62,642 nucleotides of DNA from a virus (IMGVR_UViG_3300049782_000072:1-62642), one strand, 5' to 3'; counted from the stretch's first letter, positions 9,048 through 17,918 are shown. Numbers and translations are program-made. The notes: generated by a model from the letters alone, not told the origin.

Positions 9048-9877
9048 CACCAGCACCTGCCGATCTCGCGCAGGGATCCGGTCTCGTCGGCGACGTCCCG
9101 GACGTCCTGTTCGACGGCCGCTTCTGGCTGCACGGGCACGACCCACTCGGTGCCTTCGTCGCTGCAGACGGAGATCCAGCCGTTGCCCTTGCCGTCGATG
9201 TAGAGGCGGCGCCGGTTGTCGTTCGGGTCGTCGTCCCCAGCGTCGGGCGGCTGCTGCTCCGCCTCCAGCTCAGCGACGCGCGCCTCGGCCTTCTCGGCTC
9301 GCTCGCGCCAACGCTGCTTGCCCGCCTGATGGTGCTCGACGGTGCGGCGGAGCTCCGGAAGCGTGTTCCGCTCCATGAAGGCGGCGTCCTCGCGGGCGCT
9401 GGCCAGTTCCGCCTTGAGGCGCTCGACCTCGGCCAGCAGGGCGGCCTCTCGGTCGTACAGTCGCTCCGCCCGAAGCCTCAGGGCATCCCGCTCCTCGAAG
9501 TGCAGCGGACGGTCCTTCGTCGCACGGATCGTGTCGAGCGAGTCCTCGCGTTCCGCGAGCCGCGCATCGTCGAGCGGCTGGGGCTGGTCGCCGACCGGCA
9601 CCGGCAGCGCACCCTGCGCGGCCACAGCGGCGGCCGTCTCCTCGGTGTGGGCCTCCGCGAACTGCTCCTCGGTCACCGGGTCGACGTGGCTGAGGGCGAT
9701 GCAGGCGCTGTGCCCGTCCACCCAGACGACGTCAGTGTGACCGCCGAGCACGGTGGCCGCACTGCGGGTGCGGGTGACGAGGCGAGTGACGTCGCCGTGG
9801 TCCTCCGGTCGGGCGCCCGGGTAGGCGAGCACCGGTGTGCCGATCGGGTAGAGCGCGTTCCACTGCTCGGCGTTCAC
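9047..9877 (-). CDS. Mosaic hypothetical protein with coiled coil
   Basis: WNALYPIGTPV...TRTRS N-terminal domain common in actinophages. Confidence 0.65.
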   Translation of the reverse strand: MNAEQWNALYPIGTPVLAYPGARPEDHGDVTRLVTRTRSAATVLGGHTDVVWVDGHSACIALSHVDPVTEEQFAEAHTEETAAAVAAQGALPVPVGDQPQPLDDARLAEREDSLDTIRATKDRPLHFEERDALRLRAERLYDREAALLAEVERLKAELASAREDAAFMERNTLPELRRTVEHHQAGKQRWRERAEKAEARVAELEAEQQPPDAGDDDPNDNRRRLYIDGKGNGWISVCSDEGTEWVVPVQPEAAVEQDVRDVADETGSLREIGRCW

Positions 9878-10188
9878 TGGCCCTCACCGTCCTCGCGCTC
9901 CGCCTTGAGACGGGCGATCTCCTCGCGAGCAGCGGCCAGTTCGTCCACAGCGGTGCGCTCCCGCTCGACCTCGCCGACGATGGTGTTGCGCCATTCGGTG
10001 ACGCCCTTCAGGAACGCCTCAGCAACCTGCACCCGCTCCTCAGGGCTCAGCCTGTTGGGCATGTGCATCGCGATGTGCCCAGGGCCATGCCAGCCGTCAG
10101 GCTCGATGTACAGGACCGGGTTCGGGACCCCGCTCCCCCGCACGTTGGTACGCGCCTCCAGGAAGACGGTGATGTTGTAGTTGCTCAT
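9874..10188 (-). CDS. Hypothetical protein
   Basis: ATGA coupling; GGAGG RBS. Confidence 0.6.
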   Translation of the reverse strand: MSNYNITVFLEARTNVRGSGVPNPVLYIEPDGWHGPGHIAMHMPNRLSPEERVQVAEAFLKGVTEWRNTIVGEVERERTAVDELAAAREEIARLKAEREDGEGQ

Positions 10189-10454
10189 GCCGCACCTCCC
10201 ATGGCCTCGAACGCGGCGCGGGCTTCGCGGTCGGCCTGCAGTGCGGTCCACCAGCAGTAGAAGAGAGCGTCCAGCGCGGCCGGCTTCTCCTCGTCGGGCA
10301 GGCAGTCGAAGGCGATCCGGCCGATCTCCTCGACCTCGAAGCCCTCCGGGTGCGTCTTGCGCAGCAGCTCCTCCGCCTCGTTCCAGGAGGCCTGGAAGGC
10401 GGACAGCTGCGGGAGCTTCGCGGTGATCTCGTCGAACGGGGTCAGGTCGCTCAC
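10185..10454 (-). CDS. Hypothetical protein
   Basis: GTGA coupling. Confidence 0.6.
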   Translation of the reverse strand: MSDLTPFDEITAKLPQLSAFQASWNEAEELLRKTHPEGFEVEEIGRIAFDCLPDEEKPAALDALFYCWWTALQADREARAAFEAMGGAA

Positions 10455-10693
10455 GACGCACCGCCCGAGAGGTCGCAGGCCAGCGTCTTGAGGCGGTCGA
10501 TCGCCCAGTCGACGCCCTCCGAGAACTCGGCGCTGTGATCCGGGTTGATCACTTCCAGCGTGTTCGCGATGTCCCGCAGCTTCTCGGCGAGGTAGGCGTC
10601 GAGCTTGCCCTGCGGGTCGGCGTAGCGGTCGAGCAGTGCGAGCAGGCGATGGTGCGCCGTGCCCGGCTGAGGGGTCTGGGATGATGTGGACAT
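10451..10693 (-). CDS. Hypothetical protein
   Basis: AGGAG RBS. Confidence 0.55.
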   Translation of the reverse strand: MSTSSQTPQPGTAHHRLLALLDRYADPQGKLDAYLAEKLRDIANTLEVINPDHSAEFSEGVDWAIDRLKTLACDLSGGAS

Positions 10694-10784
10694 GGTCCAC
10701 GCTCCTGTTCTTCAGGGTGCTGGTGGTGTGGATCGCGAGGCCGTTCCCCGTGCTTGGCCGTTCGGGGGGCGGCCTCATTGCCGC

Positions 10785-11069
10785 TCAGGCGGCGGCGCGG
10801 GCTCGCGGTCGGCCGGCGCGGGTGGGTGCGTTCCGGTGCATGGCCGCGATCTGGGCCAGGTCGGAGTCGCTGAACATCAGTCGGCGGCCGAAGCGGTGGT
10901 GCGGCCATCCCTTGTGGTTGACTCCGTCGCGCAGCCAGCGCTCGCCGGACTCGTTGTCCGCGCTGGGGTCGTTCGGATCGACGGGGATGAGCTTCTTGGC
11001 GGCCTGCTTGACCGTGTAGAAGGTCTCCAGCTTCGTGACGGAAGCCGAGCGGGGGGATCGGGTAGGCAT
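10785..11069 (-). CDS. Excisionase-like (MerR/HTH_17) DNA-binding protein
   Basis: YTVKQAAK...RWLRDG...PHHRFGRRLMFS; second gene of the early lytic operon. Confidence 0.7.
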   Translation of the reverse strand: MPTRSPRSASVTKLETFYTVKQAAKKLIPVDPNDPSADNESGERWLRDGVNHKGWPHHRFGRRLMFSDSDLAQIAAMHRNAPTRAGRPRARAAA

Positions 11070-11078
11070 GTCACCTCT

Positions 11079-11321
11079 CTAAGGCGGGTCCTCGGTGGGG
11101 CTGAGGAGTTGGGTGGAGTCGGCCGGCAGGCCGAGCGCTTGGCGGAGACGGCTGTACGTGTGCGGTCTCATGCGGGTGCGGTAGCCGTTTTCGAGGTGGT
11201 TGAGGTAGCGCCCGCTGAGGCGCGCTGCTCTTGCCAGCTCGGTAGTGCTCAGCCCTGCCTGTATGCGGAGCTTTCGGATTTCCGCCCCGTTCACCGTGAC
11301 GGTGTTGGGGGTTGCTTCCAT
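11079..11321 (-). CDS. Cro-like XRE HTH regulator
   Basis: IRKLRIQAGLSTTELARAARLSGRYLNHLENG; divergent from the repressor. Confidence 0.85.
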   Translation of the reverse strand: MEATPNTVTVNGAEIRKLRIQAGLSTTELARAARLSGRYLNHLENGYRTRMRPHTYSRLRQALGLPADSTQLLSPTEDPP

Positions 11322-11326
11322 GCAGA

Positions 11327-11390
11327 GAAGCTAGCGGAAGTTCGCGGATGTTGTCTAGCGAAAGCTCGCAGAAGTTAGCGGAAGATGGCT
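11327..11390. promoter_or_regulatory. Immunity-switch operator array (10-bp direct repeats)
   Basis: GAAGCTAGCG GAAGTTCGCG ... AAAGCTCGCA GAAGTTAGCG GAAGATGGCT in the cro/repressor intergenic region. Confidence 0.7.
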
Positions 11391-11519
11391 ACCCGTCGGT
11401 AGCCGCTCGAACGCTTGCACCAGGGGCAATCCGGTCACAGTGCGCTTTCAAGCCGCCACGTTCCGGACTCCTTTGGCCCAGTCCTAGCTGGTCCTAGCGG
11501 GTCCTGCGAAGATGTCGCC

Positions 11520-11930
11520 ATGACCAGCCCCGACCTCGAGCGCCTGGCGACGCTCGTACAGAAGCGACGGACCGAGCTCCGGCTCGGCATCGAGCCCGCC
11601 GCCAAGCTCGGCGGGATCTCCAAAGACACGTGGAAACGAGTCGAGGCGGGCCAGAAAGTCTGGGACCGCTCCTACGCAGGAATCGACGAGGCACTCCAGT
11701 GGGCAGGCGGCAGCTGCCTCCTCGTACTCGCCGGCGGCGAGCCGATCACGAGCGAACCCACCGCAGCCAACGTCAAGATCACGGATGTGCCCAAGACGGA
11801 GCTCGCACGGATCGTCGGCGACGCCGTGCAGCACGCAGCCATCGCAACCAAGGGCTCGATGACCGGCGAGGAAATCCTCGAGCTGAACCGCCGCGTACTG
11901 GAAGAACTACGCGAACGCGGCGTCCTCTGA
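11520..11930 (+). CDS. CI-like XRE immunity repressor
   Basis: RRTELRLGIEPAAKLGGISKDTWKRVEAG HTH; divergent from cro, upstream of int. Confidence 0.82.
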   Translation: MTSPDLERLATLVQKRRTELRLGIEPAAKLGGISKDTWKRVEAGQKVWDRSYAGIDEALQWAGGSCLLVLAGGEPITSEPTAANVKITDVPKTELARIVGDAVQHAAIATKGSMTGEEILELNRRVLEELRERGVL

Positions 11931-12092
11931 CGAAAGTTCAGCCAAAAGGCGTACAACCATTTGCGGCCACGGGTTTCTTGCCACTTTTCCCTGCATCACT
12001 TTGGTCCTACCAGGTCCCAACACGACCTGATCATGGCAGAGTCGTTACCACACCTTGGGGGTCCCCGAAGCACCCATGAAGGGGGACCAGGT

Positions 12093-12287
12093 ATGCGGAG
12101 CAGTCTGTCCATAGTTGACGTCGGCCCTGAGTTCGCAGGATGGGCCGGCCCGGCCAATGGGAGAATGATCTGTGTAGCGCCTCCCGAGATCGAGACGAGC
12201 GAACAAGCACGACGCTCGATGCGAGAGATCGTGAAGCGCGTAGGAGGAGACTGCGAGGGCTGCCGAGGCTGCTGGCTCGGCACCTGA
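12093..12287 (+). CDS. Small Cys-rich protein between repressor and integrase
   Basis: GGGGGA RBS; C-terminal CEGCRGC. Confidence 0.55.
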   Translation: MRSSLSIVDVGPEFAGWAGPANGRMICVAPPEIETSEQARRSMREIVKRVGGDCEGCRGCWLGT

Positions 12288-12362
12288 GCACACGGCCGCG
12301 GAGTCCTGGCGGTAGGGGTACCTGCCGGACTACCGCGCCGATCATCCACCCAAGGGGGAACC

Positions 12363-13682
12363 ATGCCTTATGTGGAGGTGCGCGGAGGCAACATTCGCGT
12401 CAAATGGTGGGGCGGCGAGTACCACCTGGACGCCGAAGGCAGAGCCACCCGCCGCAAACGCTACGAGAGCGCCTCCGGCCCAGAGCCTGGCATCCCCTTC
12501 GAAGACGAGGACGAGGCGTACAACTACGGCCTCGACCGGGAACACGAAGTCCGCCACGGTACTCACATCCCCAGGGCCAGCGCCAAGACGCTCATGCGTG
12601 ACTACTGCTGGCTGTGGCTCGACGCCCAAGATCTACGCGAGACATCGATCTCGCGCTACCGCAGCCGGCTCCGCGCCCGCATCGTGCCCTACTGGGGAGA
12701 CCGCGCGGTCGGGGACATCACCACGTGGGAGTACGAAGCCTGGAAGAAGGGCTTGCAGGCCGCCGTCGACCGCAACGAGATGTCCCGGAACTACTTCGAC
12801 CAGCTGGTCGGGCTGTTCGGCATCCTCATGACGGACGCCGTGGTCAAGTACAAGCTGCGCGGCGAGTCCCCCGTCATCCGCCAGCGGCGCCGCGGACGCT
12901 TCACCAAGCAGAAGCGCGAGATCAAGCGGCCCATGCAGATGGAAGTGCTGCACGCCCTGGCATCAAACGCGTACCACGTGTGGGGCTTCACCGGCTGGAC
13001 ATACATCTGGACGCTCGCCTTCACCGGCATGCGGCCCCCCGGGGAGATGTGGGGCTTGCGTCGCGAGTTCTCCTCCCCGACCTGGCCGGCCAGCGACCCG
13101 GACAGGGAGCGGCGCGAGCACGCGCTGGAGCGGTACGGGCCCGACGTGATGCCCGCCATCCGGGTCCAGTACCAGAGCCAGTACGAGGGCGGCAAGCGAT
13201 CTCAGGTGGGCCCGAAGTACGACTCGCACAGGACACTGGTCGTCCCTCGCTTCCTGCACGAGATGCATGCGGCGCTCCTGGCGTCGCACGACTCGCCCTG
13301 GGTTTTCCCTGCCCTCGGGGGAGGCCAGATGGGCACCCAGTGGGGCAAGACCTACTGGCCCTACATTCGGGGCGGGTCTCCCGAGCGGTCCTCCCGCAGC
13401 GATCACCTCCGGCAGGTGATCCACCCGGTGCCGGAGATGGTCGGCAAGCGGATCTACCTTCTCCGTCACGGGCACCGGGAGTGGCTTGAGGAGGACGGCC
13501 ACCCCCGCATCGCGATGGAGACGCGCATGGGGCACGAGGTGGCCGGTGTGGAGGGCCTGTACTCGAACCTCACCCCTGCCATGGAGCGGCGGATCGCCGA
13601 GACCTTGCAGGACCGGTGGGAGACCTTCTGGCGTATGGGGGTCTGGTGGTCTCCCCCGCTTTCCCATTACTCTCCCATCTAG
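12363..13682 (+). CDS. int: Tyrosine integrase
   Basis: FTGMR box I, LLRH...MGH...Y box II, SAM-like core-binding region; adjacent att site. Confidence 0.92.
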   Translation: MPYVEVRGGNIRVKWWGGEYHLDAEGRATRRKRYESASGPEPGIPFEDEDEAYNYGLDREHEVRHGTHIPRASAKTLMRDYCWLWLDAQDLRETSISRYRSRLRARIVPYWGDRAVGDITTWEYEAWKKGLQAAVDRNEMSRNYFDQLVGLFGILMTDAVVKYKLRGESPVIRQRRRGRFTKQKREIKRPMQMEVLHALASNAYHVWGFTGWTYIWTLAFTGMRPPGEMWGLRREFSSPTWPASDPDRERREHALERYGPDVMPAIRVQYQSQYEGGKRSQVGPKYDSHRTLVVPRFLHEMHAALLASHDSPWVFPALGGGQMGTQWGKTYWPYIRGGSPERSSRSDHLRQVIHPVPEMVGKRIYLLRHGHREWLEEDGHPRIAMETRMGHEVAGVEGLYSNLTPAMERRIAETLQDRWETFWRMGVWWSPPLSHYSPI

Positions 13683-13904
13683 GGACCTGGCCCGGTCGTA
13701 GCTGCAGGTCCGATGGCCCCTGAGGAGTTTCTCATCGCGATGGTGGCGATGCTGCTGACGCTGTGAGGGGGCGGGTGAGTTACCTGCAACCCTTGAAACT
13801 TCCGCCTAGTCGGCTCCATGGCGACCTAGCAGTAGCTGGCGGAAGTTCGCGGTGGATGGCGGTTGCTCACCATGATCGTCTCCCATCTGTCTCCCATTTC
13901 CCAC
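13650..13904. other. attP: arm-type repeats flanking a core CATCGC-N7-GCGATG (13733-13751)
   Basis: TCTCCCAT-like direct repeats at about 13650, 13661, 13671 and at 13879, 13890, 13898; 6-bp inverted repeat with a 7-bp spacer between the two groups. Confidence 0.75.
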
Positions 13905-13946
13905 GGTGGATGAGCGTAGATGCCGCCCGAGGGCGTACTAAAGAGA

Positions 13947-14001
13947 CCGGAGCCGGAGTCGTCTTGCTCACCTTGGGGGTAGCGATCGACTCCGGCTCCG
14001 G
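13947..14001. terminator. 15-bp perfect inverted repeat (strong hairpin, possible terminator) downstream of attP
   Basis: CCGGAGCCGGAGTCG / CGACTCCGGCTCCGG. Confidence 0.55.
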
Positions 14002-14216
14002 CCTTCTGTATAACGAGTTCACCGCATCCCAGTGCCGGAAATTGGATCACCCGTTCGGGGGGATACCAGGTTGGGGTTGCCGGGTATCCGGATGAGTCGG
14101 CTTCCAGTCGCCTAGGGGGTACGCGGTGGTCCGCCGACTCTCGACGCCACGGGGACCTGAACCCCGCAGTGCCGAATTCTCACTGTTCAGCTGACAACGA
14201 CCCGCCTGAGCCACGC

Positions 14217-14230
14217 CTGGATATATCCAG
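14217..14230. promoter_or_regulatory. Perfect palindrome CTGGATATATCCAG, putative GntR operator
   Basis: 14-bp palindrome about 60 bp upstream of the GntR gene. Confidence 0.55.
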
Positions 14231-14287
14231 CCTGGGAGCTGGGTCATAGCTTCGGACCTCTCGTCATGATCGACGGCAGGGGTCCTG

Positions 14288-14911
14288 ATGCCAGAAGCGC
14301 GCCACCGGCGTATCGCTGCTGACATCCGCCGCCGTATCGCCGCCGGGGAATGGCGGCCGGGCCAGGACCTGCCTTCGCGAGCCGAGCTAGCTGCCGAACT
14401 CGGCGTGCACCCACAAACGGTGCGTCTCGCTTACGTGCTGCTGCGCCGCGCCGGCGTCCTCGAGGGTGAGGAGCGCCGCGCCGTGTATGTGGCGCATCCT
14501 CCTGCTATGCGCACTCTCACGGACGCAGACGCCGAGTGGCCCTACTCCAGCGAGACCACCGACACCCGCCCGCGCCCCGCCACGATGGAGCTTGCGGAGC
14601 GGCTTGACGTCCCAGTGGGAGCGCTGCTGCGGCACGAGACGGTGGAACGTCTGGATCCGGGCGGCAGGTCGGCGATGCTGGTGTCGTCGTGGTGGCGAGG
14701 TCAGCGTCGGCCGCACGTGTCGTATGCGGCGGAGCTGGGGGTTGTGACGCTGACTGCCGAGCAGGCGCATGCGCTGGGTCTGCTGGTGGACGCTGTCGCG
14801 TTCCGAGTGGTGCGCACTCGCTTCGACCATGACGGTCGCCCCCTGGAGACTGCTGACCTGATTCTGCCGATGGATCGTTGGCTCATTCGGTTGGCGCCCA
14901 CCGGAGGGTGA
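14288..14911 (+). CDS. GntR-family regulator with degenerate UTRA domain
   Basis: IAADIRRRIAAGEWRPGQDLPSRAELAAELGV wHTH; C-terminal R..FD..GRPLE. Confidence 0.85.
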   Translation: MPEARHRRIAADIRRRIAAGEWRPGQDLPSRAELAAELGVHPQTVRLAYVLLRRAGVLEGEERRAVYVAHPPAMRTLTDADAEWPYSSETTDTRPRPATMELAERLDVPVGALLRHETVERLDPGGRSAMLVSSWWRGQRRPHVSYAAELGVVTLTAEQAHALGLLVDAVAFRVVRTRFDHDGRPLETADLILPMDRWLIRLAPTGG

Positions 14912-15153
14912 GCGGTTGGGCCGGGCCTGTGGGGGGCGCCTGACTCAGGAGTAAAGCTGAGTTTCGGACCTGGCGGAAGATGTCCCCTGCATATTCTTCG
15001 ACTTTCTGTTCGCACCCTGTGTGTTTCTGTAACGACTGGTCAGGCGTTGGCCAAACGTTCCTGCGTTGCCGCAGGTCACCACCGCAAGGTGGCCCTAAGT
15101 GGTGCGACCTTGTGGCCGGAACCGTGCGTGCGAGTACCGGGCAGTCGCCCCGC

Positions 15154-15393
15154 TTAGGCACGCATCGCTCGGCTCGCCGCCTCCATAGCCGCCATGTAGT
15201 CCCGCCACAGCTGCTCGCCCGTGTCGCAGCGGCGGTCGACGTCCCGGCAGGCCCAGCAGCCGAGGAAGTGCGCGGCGTACCGGCCGTATGCCTTCTGTGG
15301 GGGTGCGAGTTCGCCGGCTATGGGCGGCCCGCTTCCCGCTGGGGGTGTGCCGTCTCTACCCTCGTCCACGTCGACGCTCCGATCGTCGGCCAT
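15154..15393 (-). CDS. Hypothetical Cys/His protein
   Basis: H..GC..C...C..G..LW motif. Confidence 0.55.
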   Translation of the reverse strand: MADDRSVDVDEGRDGTPPAGSGPPIAGELAPPQKAYGRYAAHFLGCWACRDVDRRCDTGEQLWRDYMAAMEAASRAMRA

Positions 15394-15447
15394 GCCCCCG
15401 GGCCGGTGACCGCCGGTCGCGGGGGTCCTGCTTGCAATTTCACGGTA

Positions 15448-15497
15448 CCGCTACATGCCGCTCTACACCGCTATATGGAGCAGCATGCCGCTACCTG
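15448..15497. repeat. Five imperfect 10-bp tandem repeats between divergent genes
   Basis: CCGCTACATG CCGCTCTACA CCGCTATATG GAGCAGCATG CCGCTACCTG. Confidence 0.6.
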
Positions 15498-15535
15498 AGG
15501 GCGCAGGCCGCGGCATGGCTCCCTACGTTCCACCT

Positions 15536-15799
15536 ATGGGTGATGATCAGCGTCCCGTGGACCCGTCCCGACCCGAGTACGTGTGGAAGCAGGCCGCGGA
15601 CTGGATCGCGGCCCGGATCGCTTCGGGCGAGCTGCAGCCGGGCGCCCGCCTGGAGGGTGAGCGGGAGCTGGCCGAGCAGCTCGGCGTCGCCGTCGGCACC
15701 GCGCGGCGGGCGGTGGAAGACCTGCGCGAGCGCGGCCTGGTCGTGACGCTGCCGTCGAAGGGCACGTACATCGCAGAGAGGGCCGCCGAGAATCCGTAG
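15536..15799 (+). CDS. GntR wHTH-only regulator
   Basis: GELQPGARLEGERELAEQLGVAVGTARRAV...KGTYI. Confidence 0.88.
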   Translation: MGDDQRPVDPSRPEYVWKQAADWIAARIASGELQPGARLEGERELAEQLGVAVGTARRAVEDLRERGLVVTLPSKGTYIAERAAENP

Positions 15800-15832
15800 C
15801 CGCTGTCAGACCGGGCGGCTACCCTGATCGCC

Positions 15833-16024
15833 ATGTCCCCCAACGTCCCGTCGCGGCCTGCGCTGCGCTCGGCTGCCGAGCTGAACGCGGCGATCCGCGC
15901 GCTGTGGACCGGGCCGGGCGGGCATCCGACGCTGCGGCTGACGGATGAGCAGCGCGAGGAGTACAGCCGGCTGCTGGCCGAGCTGCGGCGGGTCGAGCGC
16001 GGGGGCGTCGTCGAAGCCGCGTAG
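15833..16024 (+). CDS. Hypothetical protein
   Basis: RSAAELNAAIRALW pattern. Confidence 0.6.
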   Translation: MSPNVPSRPALRSAAELNAAIRALWTGPGGHPTLRLTDEQREEYSRLLAELRRVERGGVVEAA

Positions 16025-16032
16025 CATGCACG

Positions 16033-16070
16033 ACGAAGCCCCGGCCACTGATCCTGGCCGGGGCTTCGTT
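16033..16070. terminator. Bidirectional terminator hairpin
   Basis: ACGAAGCCCCGGCCA / TGGCCGGGGCTTCGT between convergent genes. Confidence 0.7.
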
Positions 16071-16080
16071 CGCGCCTCCA

Positions 16081-16293
16081 TCAGGCGTCGGGGATCTCGT
16101 CAGCGTGCACGGTTTCGAAGTGCCACCACCGGCCGCCCTCCCACTGCATGACCTTCGCAGTGTCCGCTCCGGAGCGGAGAGCGGCGCGGACGTGCGCGAA
16201 CGCCTTCGCCTCACTGGTGTGCGAGACCTCGACCAACTGGATCCCGCCCTGGGTCAGGATGACGCGCCAGGGTTCACGGGGCCTCGTCGCCAT
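16081..16293 (-). CDS. Hypothetical protein
   Basis: Coupled ORF MATRPREPWRV... Confidence 0.55.
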   Translation of the reverse strand: MATRPREPWRVILTQGGIQLVEVSHTSEAKAFAHVRAALRSGADTAKVMQWEGGRWWHFETVHADEIPDA

Positions 16294-16427
16294 CAGCTCT
16301 CCTCGACCTTGGTGATCTCGAACCCGAACGGCACCTCGGGGCAGGCGTCGTAGATCTCCTCGCGGATCTGTTCCACGTTGATCTCGTCGTCCGCCTCGAT
16401 CCGCATCGTCAGCGTGTACGTCTTCAT
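16293..16427 (-). CDS. Small acidic hypothetical protein
   Basis: GAGGA RBS; MKTYTLTMRIE... Confidence 0.5.
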   Translation of the reverse strand: MKTYTLTMRIEADDEINVEQIREEIYDACPEVPFGFEITKVEES

Positions 16428-16438
16428 GGACGGGTTCC

Positions 16439-16735
16439 TCACTTCTTCTCGTGGACCTTGCGGATGTGATTGCGGATGCTGAGCGGGGCTCCGGCGTACT
16501 CGCAGTACGGGCATTCTTCCCAGCCGCCTTCCTCAACGGCTGCCTGGAGGACGGACTTGTCGGGCCCGAAGCCGTGGTGTTCGAGGAGTCGGGCTACGGA
16601 GCTTTCGTAGCGGACGGCGAGGAGGGCGGCTTCAGCGACCTTGTCGTGTCCGCGCGAGAAGAAGCTGCCGATGCTCGTCCTGCCGCCGCATCCGCACCAG
16701 CAGCTTCCGGTCGGGAGGAGACGGTCGTCGCTCAC
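16439..16735 (-). CDS. Zn-finger hypothetical protein
   Basis: CWCGCG...F..GHD and CPYC...H...H motifs. Confidence 0.7.
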   Translation of the reverse strand: MSDDRLLPTGSCWCGCGGRTSIGSFFSRGHDKVAEAALLAVRYESSVARLLEHHGFGPDKSVLQAAVEEGGWEECPYCEYAGAPLSIRNHIRKVHEKK

Positions 16736-16899
16736 TTCTCCTCCAGCAGTGCGCCGATCGCGGCCACGACATCGGACACGGCCTGGTTGTAGGCCTCGTC
16801 CTCCGGGGTGCCGGTCTGGTCCTCCAGGTACTCGCCGCGCGCCGCCTCGATCGCTTCGTTGAGGGCCTGGGCGCGGATCGCGCTCTCCGGTTTCGTCAT
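16732..16899 (-). CDS. Hypothetical protein
   Basis: Coupled to the downstream gene. Confidence 0.55.
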   Translation of the reverse strand: MTKPESAIRAQALNEAIEAARGEYLEDQTGTPEDEAYNQAVSDVVAAIGALLEEK

Positions 16900-16916
16900 G
16901 CCATCAAGATAGCCGT

Positions 16917-16935
16917 TCTTGATTGGCAATCAAGA
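16917..16935. promoter_or_regulatory. Palindromic operator TCTTGATTG-G-CAATCAAGA in a divergent promoter region
   Basis: Perfect 9-bp arms; an extra ATCAAGA half-site near 16903. Confidence 0.55.
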
Positions 16936-16980
16936 TGGACTAGGAAAGATACGCCCGCTGCTGTCATAAGATCCTGATCC

Positions 16981-17178
16981 GTGAGCGACATAGAGTTCCC
17001 CGACGACCTGATAGCCCTGGAGCGCGCCGCCTGGGAGGAGCATCAGGCCGGGCGGCTCACCGTCGCCACCGCCAACGCCGTCCAGGACGCCATCACGGCG
17101 CACGCGAAGGCGGCCGGGCTGGACCGGTACACGGTGGAGATGGCGCTGAAGAAGGCCGTGCGGCACGCGGAGGGCTAG
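16981..17178 (+). CDS. Hypothetical protein
   Basis: IEFPDDLIALERAA...R..VEMALKKAVRH. Confidence 0.6.
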   Translation: MSDIEFPDDLIALERAAWEEHQAGRLTVATANAVQDAITAHAKAAGLDRYTVEMALKKAVRHAEG

Positions 17179-17588
17179 GGCCGCCACTCCGGCTTGAGCG
17201 CCGGGTGGTCGGCGTACACGACGAGATCCCGCAGGACGACTCGCTTCAGCACCGCCCACTCCGCGCGCGCGGCGTTGTATCGAGCGGTGTCACGGTCGCG
17301 AGCAGCCCGATCCATCGTCTCCTCGGCCGCCTCCAACTCGGCGAGGTTCTGCCGCTTGGACTCGACCTCAACGAGGACGCGGGCCGGGTCATGGCGGGCG
17401 ATGTGCTCGGCGTCTGCACGCCCCTGATCGCTGTCGTCGGCTTCGACCCCGGCTCCGGGGCGCCCGAAGCTGACCCCCCACCCGTACTCGCCGATGCCGC
17501 TCTGCTCCCAGGGGCCGGGCGTTGCGGCGCGCGCCGCCGCCTCGTCCTCGTCAAGCCGCTCCCGCAGGAACTGCACCAGGTCGTCCAC
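17175..17588 (-). CDS. DUF6221-like protein
   Basis: MDDLVQFLRERLDEDE...HDPARVL.EVE.K...YADHP...EWRP. Confidence 0.75.
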   Translation of the reverse strand: MDDLVQFLRERLDEDEAAARAATPGPWEQSGIGEYGWGVSFGRPGAGVEADDSDQGRADAEHIARHDPARVLVEVESKRQNLAELEAAEETMDRAARDRDTARYNAARAEWAVLKRVVLRDLVVYADHPALKPEWRP

Positions 17589-17681
17589 GGCCCCTCCTTA
17601 GCAGCAAGCCCCGCCTCGGTGCATCACGCCGCGGCGGGGCCAGAGCAAACCCGACTTGCTCGTCGGGATGATGAGCTCAGG

Positions 17682-17897
17682 CTACGCGCCACCACTGACA
17701 ACGCCGGGGCGTCGCGTCGACAGGACGTAGGCGCCCGCAGTTGGGAGCGCGGCGAAAGCGGCCCGCATCCGCTCGCCGGCTTCGCGGCCGCTGGGCTGCG
17801 CAGCGCGGAACAGCAGGTGCGGCGGGAGTTCGTTGCGGTGCCGGCGCATGATCTGCCGCAGGGCACGCTCGCGGACCGGGTAGGGGCGGTGGGCCAT
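17682..17897 (-). CDS. Hypothetical protein
   Basis: MAHRPYP..ERALRQ pattern. Confidence 0.45.
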   Translation of the reverse strand: MAHRPYPVRERALRQIMRRHRNELPPHLLFRAAQPSGREAGERMRAAFAALPTAGAYVLSTRRPGVVSGGA

Positions 17898-17918
17898 AGC
17901 GGACAGCATGCCAGCAGA

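Noticed and set aside
13713-13766. 17-aa micro-ORF MAPEEFLIAMVAMLLTL as a type I toxin or signalling peptide
   Set aside because: It has no clear RBS and overlaps the att core; it is more simply the duplicated end of the host target gene
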